Source: Vicugna vicugna
Lineage: Eukaryota
Direction: 5' to 3'
DNA length: 64,000 nucleotides
NCBI GenBank assembly: GCA_013265495.1
Contig: MU059330.1
Span: 13,773,980 to 13,837,979, forward strand
The position numbers and the translations under genes were made by a program. Positions within the stretch are counted from its first letter, which is position 1. Every line of letters starts with the position of its first letter. The notes below the pieces were generated by a model that ran no database searches, was not told the origin of the DNA, and saw only the letters and a program-made list of their open reading frames with translations. Below, piece after piece: positions 13,268 to 25,300 of the stretch.

Positions 13268-13401
13268 TTTTCTTTTAATTTTGGGGTTTTTTGGGGGAGG
13301 ATAGTAATTAGGTTCTTATTTGTTTTAATGAAGGGCCTGGGACTGAACCCACGACCTCGCGCCTGCTGAGCACACGCTCTACCACTGAGCTGTCCCCTCC
13401 C
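13268..13401 (-). mobile_element. tRNA-derived camelid SINE (vic-1-like)
   Basis: The reverse complement reads GGGAGGGGACAGCTCAGTGGTAGAGCGTGTGCTCAGC...GGGTTCAGTCCC...ACCTAATTAC plus an A tail. Confidence 0.9.
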
Positions 13402-15299
13402 ACCAAGGGCACCCTCCTGCACCCATGATCAGGGCCTTAGAAGTCAGCCTGGAGACACAGAGTGGGCCCTAGCTGAAGAGGAGACAGCACAGATAGATCA
13501 AAGTCATTCCCACAGACAGAGCTGCACTGGGTGAGCGCTCAGCCGTGCAGACCCGGGCTCAGGGCGCCCTCCCAGCCTGGGGGCGTTCCGAGGACCAGGG
13601 AGGAGGCCGGCACACGGAGCCGGGCAGACGTCTGCCCGTCTGCCCGCTGCCACGCGACCGGCCCCTTGGGAGCTGCCGCTGGCTTTCCCCACACCCTCTC
13701 TCCCCGTGGTCGGCAACCCGGGCGAGGGGCTGCGGGGGGGATTTCAGTGAGGGGGCGCACGCAGGGAGCTGGCAACTTGGCACAACTTGTTCAGAGACAG
13801 CAGAGCACTCTGCCGGGGCCCACTGTCCTGGTGCGTGGCTTACTGCTCACCCGCTGAGCAAATATGTACCCAGGTTCCTCCACGACGTACCCCCTGCCTC
13901 TGTCTAAAGTCACCTGCGAGCCGGCATCTTAACACCCTGCCCCTCAGAGCACACGCCCTTGGGCCCGGCTTGGGGAACTGCACCCAATTCACTTTTGCAC
14001 CAATTAGAAAGGGGACATTTTTCCTGGTAGAAGGTTAACGTACAGCTAGTCTAGCTCTCGCAGGGGCGTTGCAGCAACACTCCTGCAATAGCGGTAAAGG
14101 GTCTGTGTTAGTGTCATGTGCCCCGTAATTAATTCTGACATTTAGAATCAGAAGCTGAGAGTGAGAAATCAAGAAATACCTTCAGAACCGTAACACCGAA
14201 CGCCTCCACTGAGCCACGTGTCCTCACAGCCTTCCAGGCACCCCACTAATGATAACATTTCTGGACTCGGTTTTATGGTAGTGATTGATACTCTGAAAAT
14301 GACCTGTGATGGGATAATTAAATCTAATAGCATGCTGTTTCTTCTAATAGCATGCTGAGGTCGTTATATTGAAAGACCCGTGATTTACTGAGGGAAACAC
14401 AGGGAGAGGTCTGAGGAACTCCATTCAAGACACAGAACCCAGGAAAACTGACCCATGATCCGTATGGACCCGGCTGGGGGAAGTGCCTAACCAACTGCAG
14501 ATTTCGCAAGGATGCGAGTCCCCGTCCGGAGAGCATTCTGAAGTGCTGCAGTGACAAAAAGTTTTACTGAGGACATTTTAAGCTGAAAATAAATGAGACC
14601 ACAGGAGAAACGTTAGGATCCTGATCAGAAAGAGGTTTGGGGGTGCGGATTACAATGAGGAGATGATTCAAGTCGAATCTTGTACCAAAAAAAACCCAAA
14701 AAAACAACAAGAAAAAAACCATCACAGCAGAGTCTGACCCAAAGCAAGGGCTCTTGGAAACCCCAAACTTCCCAGCAAAATAAACCTGTTACGAGACAAT
14801 GTGATCTAGACACCACGCTTCTGACAGTCGTGTTGCTGCCTGGAAGCCAGTCGCTGTGCGCATGCTGTTCCGGGAGGTCGGGGAGAAGCCGCGGCCTCTG
14901 CGTGGTGAGGATGGTTCCGCTCGCCGCTGCGGGCTGCGGATAGGCCCTCCCTGCAAAGGAGAGCTCGTGCGAGGGCCTCTGCTCCACCATCTTAATAGTC
15001 CAGTTGCCCAGGGTCTAAAGAGGAGTCCCGCCCAATCGCAGGTGATGACAGTGGTGAACCATCCGGCCATTCGGGGAGGCAGCGGTCTATTAAGACAGCT
15101 CCAGTTCCCTGTTTCTGTGTCTCGTTTGGAAAATGAACTGCACCAAGGAGCCTCCTGGCCTCTGCTGGAGTCTCCAGCGCTCGGTCCAGTGCTGAGAAGG
15201 GAGGGGAGATGAGGGTGTGTCCATTTGGGCTGCAAACAGGAGGGGCAGGCACTGGGGATGGGAGGCCCCGAGCGTGGTAAGTGGACAGACAGACAGAAG

Positions 15300-15750
15300 C
15301 AGGAGCGCCCGGCCCTGCGATGGCGGCCCCAGGCTCGGGCGGCCGGGGTGCCGGACACACAGGGAGGCAGGCACGTGAACGTGGCCTCCTTCCGGGACGG
15401 CCTCGGGAAGACCCCCAGGAATAGAGCCCGGGCAGCGGGGCTGGTCTGCTGAGTGGCAGCGAAGGCCGGGCCTCCCCCGCTCCGGGCGGGCGGCTCCTCC
15501 CGACCCGAGAGAGGCGGGGTCAGCCCGGCAGCTGGGACGCCGCTCTCGGCAGACCGCCCGCGCAGACGCCCCGCGGCGCTGGGCCGAGGGGCCGGCTCTC
15601 CCCGGGACCCGGGAGAAACAAGCGGAGGCTCTGAAGGCGTCTCGGCCCCTCAAGCGCTGCACTGTGACAGCAGGAGGAGCTGTTTGCTCTTCCTGCGACG
15701 TGGCTCAGTGGCTGGTATCCTGCGACGCCGTCTCTCCTTGGTCTGCACTG
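15300..15750. promoter_or_regulatory. CpG island
   Basis: CpG-dense, GC-rich block. Confidence 0.6.
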
Positions 15751-17199
15751 ACAACACAGGGCTGTGGACCAGGCGCTGGGGAAGCCTGTGGGCTGCTTAA
15801 GATGTTTCCCACGGGCAGCACTCAGTCGCGACCTGGCGGGTCCCAGATGTGACGGGGGGTTGGGGGGAACAAGAGGGCCTGGGAAGGGGCTGCCAGGTAG
15901 AATGTGGAAGGTGTGGCCCAGGGCGGGGGTCTGAGCGCCAGGAAGCAGGCGGGGCCTCTCCCTGTCCAGGAGCCGAGGTTCCTCACCGGGACTCGGGGCC
16001 ACGCGCCCTCGTGGTCCTTCCTCCGCCCAGATGGTCTCCCCGCCACCTGCCATTGGCTGGAGGCCGCAGCCCCTCCGAAAGCTGCCCCGAAAACCAGTCC
16101 AAACCTCACCTCCTCCGTGAAGGCCTTGCCTGTGCTTCTCTGAAACTGATTGAGATGAAATGAAGTCGTTGGCTGGAAAGTTTAAATTTCCGCTGGGAAA
16201 CCACCGATGGGAACGCGCAGGCAGCATCAGGGCGGGTGGTGAGCGGAAGGTGGTCCACGGCGCCACCGGCACATTCCTGCCGGGCATCTGGAGGGTGGAC
16301 GGGACCCCAGCCCCCTGAGGCGGTGGGAGTGCAGGGGCCGCCCCTGGAAGCAACGGCCAAGACAGCAAATGTGTCCAGAGGGAGGGATGGTCCTGGGAAA
16401 TGCATGGGAGCTCCAGGCCTCGCGGGCGGAATCCCACTGCAGCCCTGCAATCACCGTCCCCACAGCCGCAGCCCGGCCTCCCCACCTCTCCGGTCCCACC
16501 AGGCGCCCCACATCTGCAAGCACCGCCCCTCCAAGTGCTTCTGGCCGAACGGGCGCTCCGTCCACAGGCCAGGCTGGCTCACCTGGCAGGAGATGTGCTC
16601 AGTTTTTGTAACACTGGTTTCTAGGCCCCGGCTCCAAGACTGGGCGTCTGGCGAAGAAGGTCTGAAGCCCCCGGGGCAGGTTGTCGGGAAGGCCTAGGAC
16701 CCCCGGGGATCAGCCCACGCTGCCGTCCACCTGCAACGCGTCTCCTTCTTCAGGGGAGCCTCAGCCTTGTTTGGGGGGCTTTTCCATCGACCTGATCAGG
16801 CCTGCCCGGATTATCCAGCACAGTCGCCTTCATTTAGGGTCACCTGGTTATGAACTTTAATCACGTCCACAGAATTCCTTGGCAGGAAGAGCAGGTGAAC
16901 ATTTGATAAATAGCAAGGGCTGTGGCCAAGCCACACAGAAACGTCACTGTTGCCCCGCCCCTGGCGGGCGGCCTGCATGGGCCCTGCAGGAAAACAGCGG
17001 AGGGTCAGGACCAGGAAAGTGTCCCACCCTCGTAATCAAAATAAGAATGAACCAGCGCACCTTTCTGGCCATTCACAGGCCTCTGCTGGAGCCTAATCCT
17101 CCAGAGATGGGATGGGACTGGAGATGAGGCTCCGGCAGCCAGGGCAGGTCCGGGAGGTGTGGCACCGGGTGGTGCTGGGGCTCCTTCGAAGCAAACTTG

Positions 17200-17350
17200 G
17201 TGCGGAATTCAAGAGACAAGAGTCCAGGCCCGGGGCCCATGTGGTACAAGGTCAGGACAAGCCGCAGCACTTTTCTGCCTCGGTTTCCCCATCTACAGAG
17301 TGGGAATGGAAACACTCAGCCCTGGGGCCGTTCAGGGCTGCCGGAAGGAC
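17200..17350 (+). mobile_element. MIR SINE core
   Basis: ggacaagccgcagcacttttctgcctcggtttccccatctacagagtggga resembles the MIR core ctctgagcctcagtttcctcatctgtaaaatgggg. Confidence 0.65.
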
Positions 17351-17719
17351 CAGGATTCAAATAACTTCCTTCTCTTTACACCAAGGTGAAGAAAAGAGCA
17401 GGATAAAAGCATGGCAAGAGGCTGGTTTGAAGGAGAAACTTCCACCCCGACCTGGGCTCCAGGCCCACCTTGGTCCACCTGCGGACAGCTGGCCGGGTCA
17501 CGTGTCTGTGGGGCCGGTTCCAGAGCCCCTCGCCAGCCCCGCCAGCCTCATGCACACCGCGCACGAGCTGGAGGGGCCGCCGCCCCCACCGGCTCCCAGA
17601 GCGCCGGGGCCCACGCCGAGAACAACCAGAAAGGCTGCTGGAGGAGTAAGCTGAGAGCATCAGAGAAAACCTCAGCTCAGAGGACTCGAGTGTCTAAAAC
17701 CCAGGAAGGAAAGAAACGG

Positions 17720-18350
17720 GAGGAAAACGCTGAAGCTGGGAGACAACAAAATAGCGTCTTCAATGTGCTTAGAAGGAAGAAGGACAACCTGCAATTCTAC
17801 TCCCAGAAAAAAAAAATTCTTTCAAAGTGAAGGTAAAATAGAGACTTTGGAGAAGTGTCTAGGAAAAGCACGTGGAAGTGTCGCGGCTCCAGGGGAACCT
17901 GCGGTGCCGTCTCCAGGCCGAAGAGGGTGGCCTCACTCGGACCCAGAGACGCGGCCTCATAAATACACGGGGACACTCACTGCAGACGCCGAGGAGGGGC
18001 CACAGGGCCGACGGGCGGAGAGCCAGGCGCCGGACGACAAGCCGCCCCAGGGCTCGTGGCCCATCAGGGAGGTGGCAACAGTAATGTGGGGTCCTCGGCT
18101 TTAACAGTGGGGAGATTCTCCAAGCCAGCGCAGCCTCCACACGATGCCAAAATAATGCCGAAGTAGCAAGACAAAGAGTGAAAGAAAAGCTAAAAGGAAA
18201 TGCTGGTTTGATTCAAAGCGAGGCAGGAGAGGGGAGGAGGAACCCGAGACAGTGAGGCGGCACAGAACACCCGCTGCCGACTCAGCTCCAACACCACTAG
18301 CAGCACCCGGGCGGCGGGCTCCACACTTCCATTGAAAAGCAGAGGCTGGC
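17720..18350 (+). mobile_element. Old L1 fragments (ORF1 C-terminus at about 17720-17855; inter-ORF/ORF2 start at about 18160-18350)
   Basis: EAGRQQNSVFNVLRRKKDNLQFY and FQSEGKIET resemble L1 ORF1 EARRQWNDIFKVLKEKNCQPRILYP..FKNEGEIKT; ctccacacttccattgaaaagcagagg resembles the ORF2 endonuclease start. Confidence 0.6.
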
Positions 18351-18399
18351 CGCCTCGCACCCGTGACAGCGTCTACAACCGAGGCGCAGGCGGCCCGCG

Positions 18400-19115
18400 G
18401 CGGGGGCGCTGGCGAGCCGTGGAGCAGGGGAATCTCATCACTGCAGGGGGACCCAGGCGGTGCGGCCCCTCCGGAGGACAGCCTGGTGGCTTCTTAGAAA
18501 ACTAAACCTGCTCTTACCGTCTGATCCAGCGGCCACACTGCGGGACATTTACCCAAAGGAGCCGGACACTTACGTCCACACAAAACCTGCACGTGGATGT
18601 TCACAGCCGTTTTAATGACCGTTGCCAGAACCTGGAAGCAGCCAAGAGGTCCTTCAGTAGCTGATGGCAGGTGTACATCCGGATAATGGAATTATCATCC
18701 TGCACCGAAAAGAAATGAGCCTTCAGCCATGAAGGAAACAAAGAACTTCAGACGCACATCAGTAAGTGGGAGGAGCCAATCTGGAAAGGCTCCACACGAT
18801 GCGATTCCAGCTGCGTGACATTCTGGGGGACAGTAAAAGGAAAGGCCAGCAGCCGCCCGGGGTCGGGGGAGGGCAGGGTGGGCGGAGCACAGGGCTTCCA
18901 GGCCGTGGGACCGCTCTGCGTGGAGCCAAGCGGCTAACACAGCGGGCGAGCCCTGGGTCCACAAGCGCTTTAGCGGAGGACAAGGTGGTGACACTGGCTC
19001 ATCGAGTGTCAGTGTGTCACATCGAGCAGAGACTGGGGTGGGCGAGGGGAACGTTCTGTACTTTCTGCTCAGTTTTTCTGTAAACCTCCAACTGCTCTGA
19101 AGAATAAAGTCTAAT
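18400..19115 (+). mobile_element. Old L1 3' end (L1MB-like)
   Basis: catttacccaaagg...cttacgtccacacaaaacctgcac; terminus gtactttctgctcagtttttctgtaaacctccaactgctctgaagaataaagtct matches the recalled L1MB-type 3' end. Confidence 0.85.
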
Positions 19116-19519
19116 GATTGAGAAATACGTATTGGACTGGATGAGCAGCAACAGAGACCTCGCACCTGCCCACCTGCCTGCCTGCTTTCAGGGCAACTTG
19201 CTGCTCTTCCTCTGTCTCTGACTTCCCGATCTGCACGCCTCCTGTCAGCCTTTCTTCTTGCCCGTGCAGTTAGGAGCACCGACGCCTGCAGTCAGAAGTG
19301 CAGGTTCCTTCTAAGCATGTTTTTAGCTTCATCTCAGACTTTGGTATGTTCTGTTTTCATCATTATTTAGCTAAACCTGTTTTTCAGTCACCCCGTGATC
19401 TCTTCTTTGAACCATGAGCCACTGAGGCGAGCGTCACTCATTTTCTGAACATTGGGTAACCCTTACACTTTCTTTCAGGCGTGGGCTTCTAGCTCGATCC
19501 CGCCATCCTTAGAGAAAGT

Positions 19520-19790
19520 CATGTGCGTGGAATCAGATAATAACAAAACACGAAGTAAAGTACACGATACGGATCAGTATGCCCACGGCTTGGCTTTAGA
19601 AAAGACAGTTAGAACTGGGTTAGCGCTAACAGAACTGACCAAGAAACAGAGGGAAAGCACGTGTTACCAGCACAAGGAAGTGAAAATGGAGCTCTCAGTG
19701 CGGATCCTGCTGTCTCAGCAAAGTAAGAGGGTATCAATTCCTTTATGAAAATGAACTTCGACGTGTATGAAATGTGGACATACAAAGAGA
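19520..19790 (+). mobile_element. Old L1 ORF2 internal fragment
   Basis: ggctttagaaaagac...actgaccaagaaacagagggaaagcac...gcggatcctgc...gaacttcgac...atgaaatgtggac aligns by eye to the recalled L1 ORF2 consensus. Confidence 0.6.
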
Positions 19791-21487
19791 ATCTGAGATA
19801 ATAAGCAACAAGCACCAGAACCTCGGCTCCTTCTCGGGCACGAGGCTGCGACGGTTCAGGATGCTCGCTCCGCGCAGGACCCCGCAAGGTGCCTGTGGAG
19901 AGTTGAGGTTACAAAGATAAACAAATAAGTAAGAAATATTTCATTTTCAGACAGAATTAAAGGAAACATAAGCCAGGACCTGCTAAGTCCAAAAATAAAG
20001 CTGTCTCTCAACAGGCTCTTCTCCAGTCTGCAAAAGACCCTTAAACCTGGAAAGGACCTCAGGGAAATGCTGAACCAGGACGAGGACAGCTGGACAGCGG
20101 TCTCAGAGCGCGGCTCCCGGGGGTAGCGGAAGTCCCTTTACTGACGCCTTAGACGTGGTTTAAGACACGTACGTGAAGACTTCTCAGAATCTTAAGAATG
20201 TGCCCCAAAGGCCCTTTCGACCTGACAGAACACCTGCCAAAGCCCCTCCAAGCCGGGCCCGCAGCGTCCTGACTTGTAGTCCTGTTTCAGAAAGCGTCGT
20301 GTTGTACACAGAAGACGTTTATAATCTGATACACAGGAGGTCCACAGCGCTTTAAAGAAAACGTATCAGTTAAGACCAGAAGAGGCAGAAACAGGAAAAA
20401 TACAGGACTTTGACTTTGCCCAGTTTTTACATGCACGAAGCAATCTTCCGATCTAGAAGCATTTTTCGTTCCTTATGGAAAAGAAGGACATCTTAGAGGA
20501 CAGAGCCAAGGGCAGGAGGGCCCCAGTCGAGTCACCAGCACCTGCGCCTGGCGGGATATCGGAGTTGCCAGGACTGGTGGCTGCGGCAAGGCCCCCACCC
20601 TCCACGGCCCCTTTGCTGGCAGGTGTGTCTGCTTTAGCCTGTGTACTCTCACCATGTCACCCTGGGTGTGAGCAGGAAAGGGCATCTGCCGTTTCAGCTG
20701 GGAGGTTTTAAGCTCAGAAGGAACCTTTGATCCCGCCCAGGGATCCTTCCCCGTGGCCTGATTTATTGAGGAGATCCTGGCTCTGAGCTGGAACCTGACG
20801 TTATAATGAAATTAAACTCCGGGGACCTTGTGAGGGAAGATGAGAGCATCTCACACGTAGGGGCCGTATATAAGCAACCTGCGGCCGGAGAGAAGACCGC
20901 GGCCGTCTCAGGATGGCGTGAATGCATTCACACTTCCCCTGTGGGGTGTGAGACCGCTGTCCCCTTTCCTTAAATCGGGATGAGGCTTGTGACGGCTTCA
21001 CCTGACGGGGTATGGCAGAAAAGGTGCCAGGTTCCAGACGCGGACCTCAGAGCTAAGGGAGGAAATCTGGGTCACCCTGCCAGCAGTCCAGCTCCCCTTC
21101 TGGAGGCCCCGGGTGAGGACCTGAGACCGCGTGGGGCTGGGGAAGGACACAGCTGCCCATCAGGCACCAGTCATGTGAGTGGAGGGGCCCCGGCCAGCAG
21201 CTCACAGGCCAGGGACAAGCCACCCAGCTGAGCCCTTCCTCAGGTGCCAGCCACAAAATCTGGGGCAAAGCAAGATGGTGGCCGTAAGCCACTGTCACAC
21301 CGTGTTTGAAATGTCATCCCTTCAGCGCACGGTCTTTGTTTCTCCAGGAACCTCTGACGTGAGCTCACGCTTCTCCCCTCAAGCTCCAGAAAATGAGGGT
21401 CACTGCCAGTCTACTGGGGCGACCAAGACTTGGGTGACTGGCCGAAGGTCGGGGGGCAGCAGCCTTGCTGGGGACAGAAGGCTGAGC

Positions 21488-21525
21488 GGCTCAGCCCCGG
21501 CTCAGCCCCGCCTCAGCCCCGGCTT
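21488..21525. repeat. Tandem repeat, 11 bp x 3 (ggctcagcccc)
   Basis: Units at 21488, 21499 and 21510. Confidence 0.8.
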
Positions 21526-21959
21526 GTTGTGACTCTGGGCGCCCCAGAGCCTCCCCACGCTATCGCTCGCCCTGTCCTGGGCGCCCTTCTTCCCGCTGAG
21601 GCTGTGTCTGGGGCGGGACGCCCGGGAGCCGGCTTCAGACTCGGCGCCGGCATATCTTCTACGAACAGTCACTCCTGAGCCTCGTCGGGTCAGGACGCGC
21701 TACACTGGAAATGATGAAACATGCAGGTGCGCCTGTCAGATCTTTATGCCCTTAAACTGCGGACACTTAACGTCTCCTGAAGTTTTTATTTACTCGCCCC
21801 ACCGTTTCCTGCAGTTTGACCGTCCAGTGATTAACCAAGACTGAAACGTCCGTTTCCCATGAATTTTGAAAGCTCCTCTACATTTCAGCAAAGTCTTACA
21901 GCAAAGGGGTCACAGGAAGTATTATTTCAAAAACTGAGAAAATAGATACGTGAACTTTC

Positions 21960-22369
21960 TTTTTTTCTTTTTAATTGAAGTGCAGTTGATTTCCAGTCCA
22001 CAGCAAAGCAATTCACTCACACACATGCACACTTTTTCATACTCCTTTCCATCGTGGTTTGTCACAGGACATCAAGCGCAGGTCCTGCTGCTGCACAGCA
22101 GCCCTTGTTGCCGACCTGTTTACACACAGTGTGTGTGTGTCTGTTAGTCCCAAGCTCCTAATTCACCCCTCCTCCCTCTTCCCTGTGGTAGCCATAGTTT
22201 GTTCTCTGTCTGTGACTCTGTTTCATTTGTATCATGTTTTCGATCCCACATATAAGTGATCTCATATGATGTTTGTCTTTTTCAGCTGACTTCTTTACTT
22301 AAGATGACAATCGTGAGGTCCACCCACGTGGCTGCCAATGGCATCATTTCATTCTCTTCTTGGCTGAGT
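21960..22369 (-). mobile_element. 5'-truncated L1 3' end, same family as 31531-32043
   Basis: T tail followed by ttaattgaagtgcagttgatt...gctgccaatggcatcatttcattc; TSD cgtgaactttc (21949-21959) versus cgtgacctttc (22370-22380). Confidence 0.88.
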
Positions 22370-25300
22370 CGTGACCTTTCCCATCTGAGCTCGGTGTCTC
22401 GTGTGATGACCACCCCACGTGCCACCCCTCACCCCCAGTGTCCTCGGGAACCAACCGGAAGAGCAGAAAAACACCTGTGGGTTTGCTTCTCCATGTCACA
22501 CCTGCCGCCCCAGACCAGCAGTGTCCCACAGAATGGATCCGTGCCTGCCCTGCTCGGCGTCATCGCTAAGACACACAGTCCTCGCAGCACTGTCCACGTC
22601 ACTGCTAAGCGCAGAGGAGAGGCGCTGAAACCCAAAACTGTGTTCAGGCTTTTCGCACTAACGGAGAACTACGTGTAAATCCTGCCCCTTTCCAGAGGCC
22701 GGTCGCTCTAGTCACTAAATGGTCGTTGCCTCAATCAGAAGTGCACCCCATGCAGAAGGCAGGTTTATTCATGGAGCAGCACAAACATTCCGGAACAAAG
22801 CAAAAAACTTCCAGCGCGGCTGATACTGTGAAGCGTGGAACCCATGACGATGAAATTGTCTAGAAAACAGCAGCGCAGATTTTCCATCTCTTTGGCTTTC
22901 AGCTGCAAGATTTGAAAAGTTAAAGCCACCTTCAGCTCCAGCTCACCTGAGCCGCTGGAGTCCTAGACTTCCAGCTGATTACAGCTTTGTTCTTAGGAAA
23001 CAGCAATTCTGAGAAGCTGAAAGATATATTTTCTGTGCGGTTCATGTATTCATTTCATTGTACAACACAGCCCAGGAGATTTGAGGCATTTAAAAGAAAT
23101 TTTCCTGTTTTCTCTCCCCTGCAATTGATTTCCCGCAAGACAGAGACTCTGCCATTTCGGCTGCCGACACCCGGCTGCGGGTGGGGTCCCTGCCCAGCAC
23201 CCACCCGGGCTGCTCAGCGCCCCGCCCAGGCTCCGTGGCCAAGCGGCCAGCCCATCGGGTAGTGGCCACAGTCCTTCCGTCCGGGAAGGCCGGTCTGAAG
23301 CTGGGATGGGAACCACGCTGTGTGAGCATCGCCCCTCCTCCCAGCCCTGGGAGCCCAGCTCCTCCCTCTTCCTGTCCCCACGCCTGCTCCCTCCTCTCTC
23401 CTCCTCCAAGGCCTCTGGAAGGATCAAGGCAGACGCTGGACTCCTGGCCAACACGCTGGGAGTCCCAGTTTTCTGTGGAGACCACAGCTCCCACGCCCAC
23501 GGTGGAATCCCCCAGGCTGGGGGTGGGGGGTTACTTCGGGCAGTCTAGGCCGACCCTGAACCTCCAGTGTCTGTGCTCAGCACCGCGGGACGGTCGTGGG
23601 ACAGGCTGACCAGACAACCCCTTCACCATCCCAGTGGGGGGATGGAGGCCGGGCAGGAGGGAACCAAACAGTCACACACAGGCCAGAAACAGCCACCGCC
23701 ACGCACAGGGCACGAGGTGCATAAGCAGGGACAGGTGAGGGACGGGGAGCCCGAGGGCGTGGCTGGAGGGGTGTGTCAGGTCTGATCAGAAGGGGCCACG
23801 GCCTGTGAGGGCCAGGGACAGCCTGAGGCAGGCGCCAGCCCAACGCACAGCAGACAGACGAAGGCCACGCGGGCACAGGAGGTGAGGTTAACCTGAGGTC
23901 CTAACGAGACATGACGCGACTTGAGTTACATTTTCCGGGGTCACTGACACGACGTGCGTTTTGCTTCCGGGGGTCACTGTGACCGCAGTCGGCCAGGAGG
24001 CAGACGAGATCGGACGTGCCGAGGCTGGGACTCGAGGCAAGAGGTGACCGGGCCCTGGAAGCACCAGTGGGGGCGGGGCCGGAGAGCCAGTGGGTCCCTT
24101 TCGGAGCCCAGCTGGCAGACTTGCTGTCGATCGGGGGCGAGGGGGGTGGGTGTTGATGGGAGCCCCCAGGGTTGCTTTCCCGAGACTAGGAGACTGGGTG
24201 GGAGGTGGACGAGGCACCACCCCCAGCTCGGTCCTCCCCGCACTCTGGCCCAGTCGCTGGGCTGCGGTCACCACAGGCTCCTCTGCACGCGTCATGGGCC
24301 CACAGGCCACCCGTCACCGCCCTGACCCAGCTCACTGCTCACCCCGCGAAGCTGCCAGGAGTCCAGCAGCCTCTCCTGGCAGGAGATGAAGAGATGCTGC
24401 TCTTCAGCCCTCCTCCGGAAAAGCCCTGGGGCCCCTCCCCACTGCGCCGCCCCCGGCCTGCAGCTCCAGTTAGATGCTCTGCTCTCCTCTGTCCTCCTCT
24501 TCCAGGTCTCAGGACCAAGGTTCCAGACACGACAGGCAAGGAGGAGCCCCTTGGCGAGTGGCATTCCTTGGACAGAGCAGCCCCCCGATGCTCGTCCAAC
24601 CCGGAACCCAGCAGGAACCCTGGGACAAGCTGCCCCTGAAGCCATGTCTGTTTCCAAAAGAGGGCAACACTCGGGGCTCCCTGGAAGGAGCAGGGCTGAC
24701 AGCCTAGAAGGTCCCGCTGCCCGATGGCATGGTCCACTCCCTTCTGGCACCAGGGTGAGCCCAGCTGAGGGCTCAGTGGACGCTGTTCATGCAGTCGCGG
24801 AACCTGCGGCTCCCAGCCAGGCCTGGAGGGCACAGGAATCTGCACGGGAGGCTCCCTGTGAGGCCCCTGACACCAGGTCCGAAGCCACGGCCACGCGGGC
24901 AGCCCACGTGGCGCAGGGCGCCCCGGTCCTGCCGTGGAGGACATCGCACGCTGTGCATGGTCACAACAGGGAGAAGCCGTCCCGGGGGGCAGCGTTTGGG
25001 ACGGATTATTTCAGACACATTTCTCTCCTTCCTGCTCGAAGCTCTGGCATTCCTGACCACGGGAGCCAGCAAATCCCGTTCGGGGACACTGCTTGTTGAA
25101 TGGGTTAAACCAGGACCTCGATCCTGGGGTACTCTCCCAGCTTGAGCCCTGACGCCACAAAGCTCAGTCTTCAGTTGTTTACCAGCCTCCACAGAAGAGC
25201 GGAACCGCGATGCCCCGCGGGAGTAAGGCCTCTGTCTGGGCTCAGGGTGCCGGTCCTGAGATCTGCGGCCGCGGCAGCTGCAGGGCTGGCGGCCTCCCGG

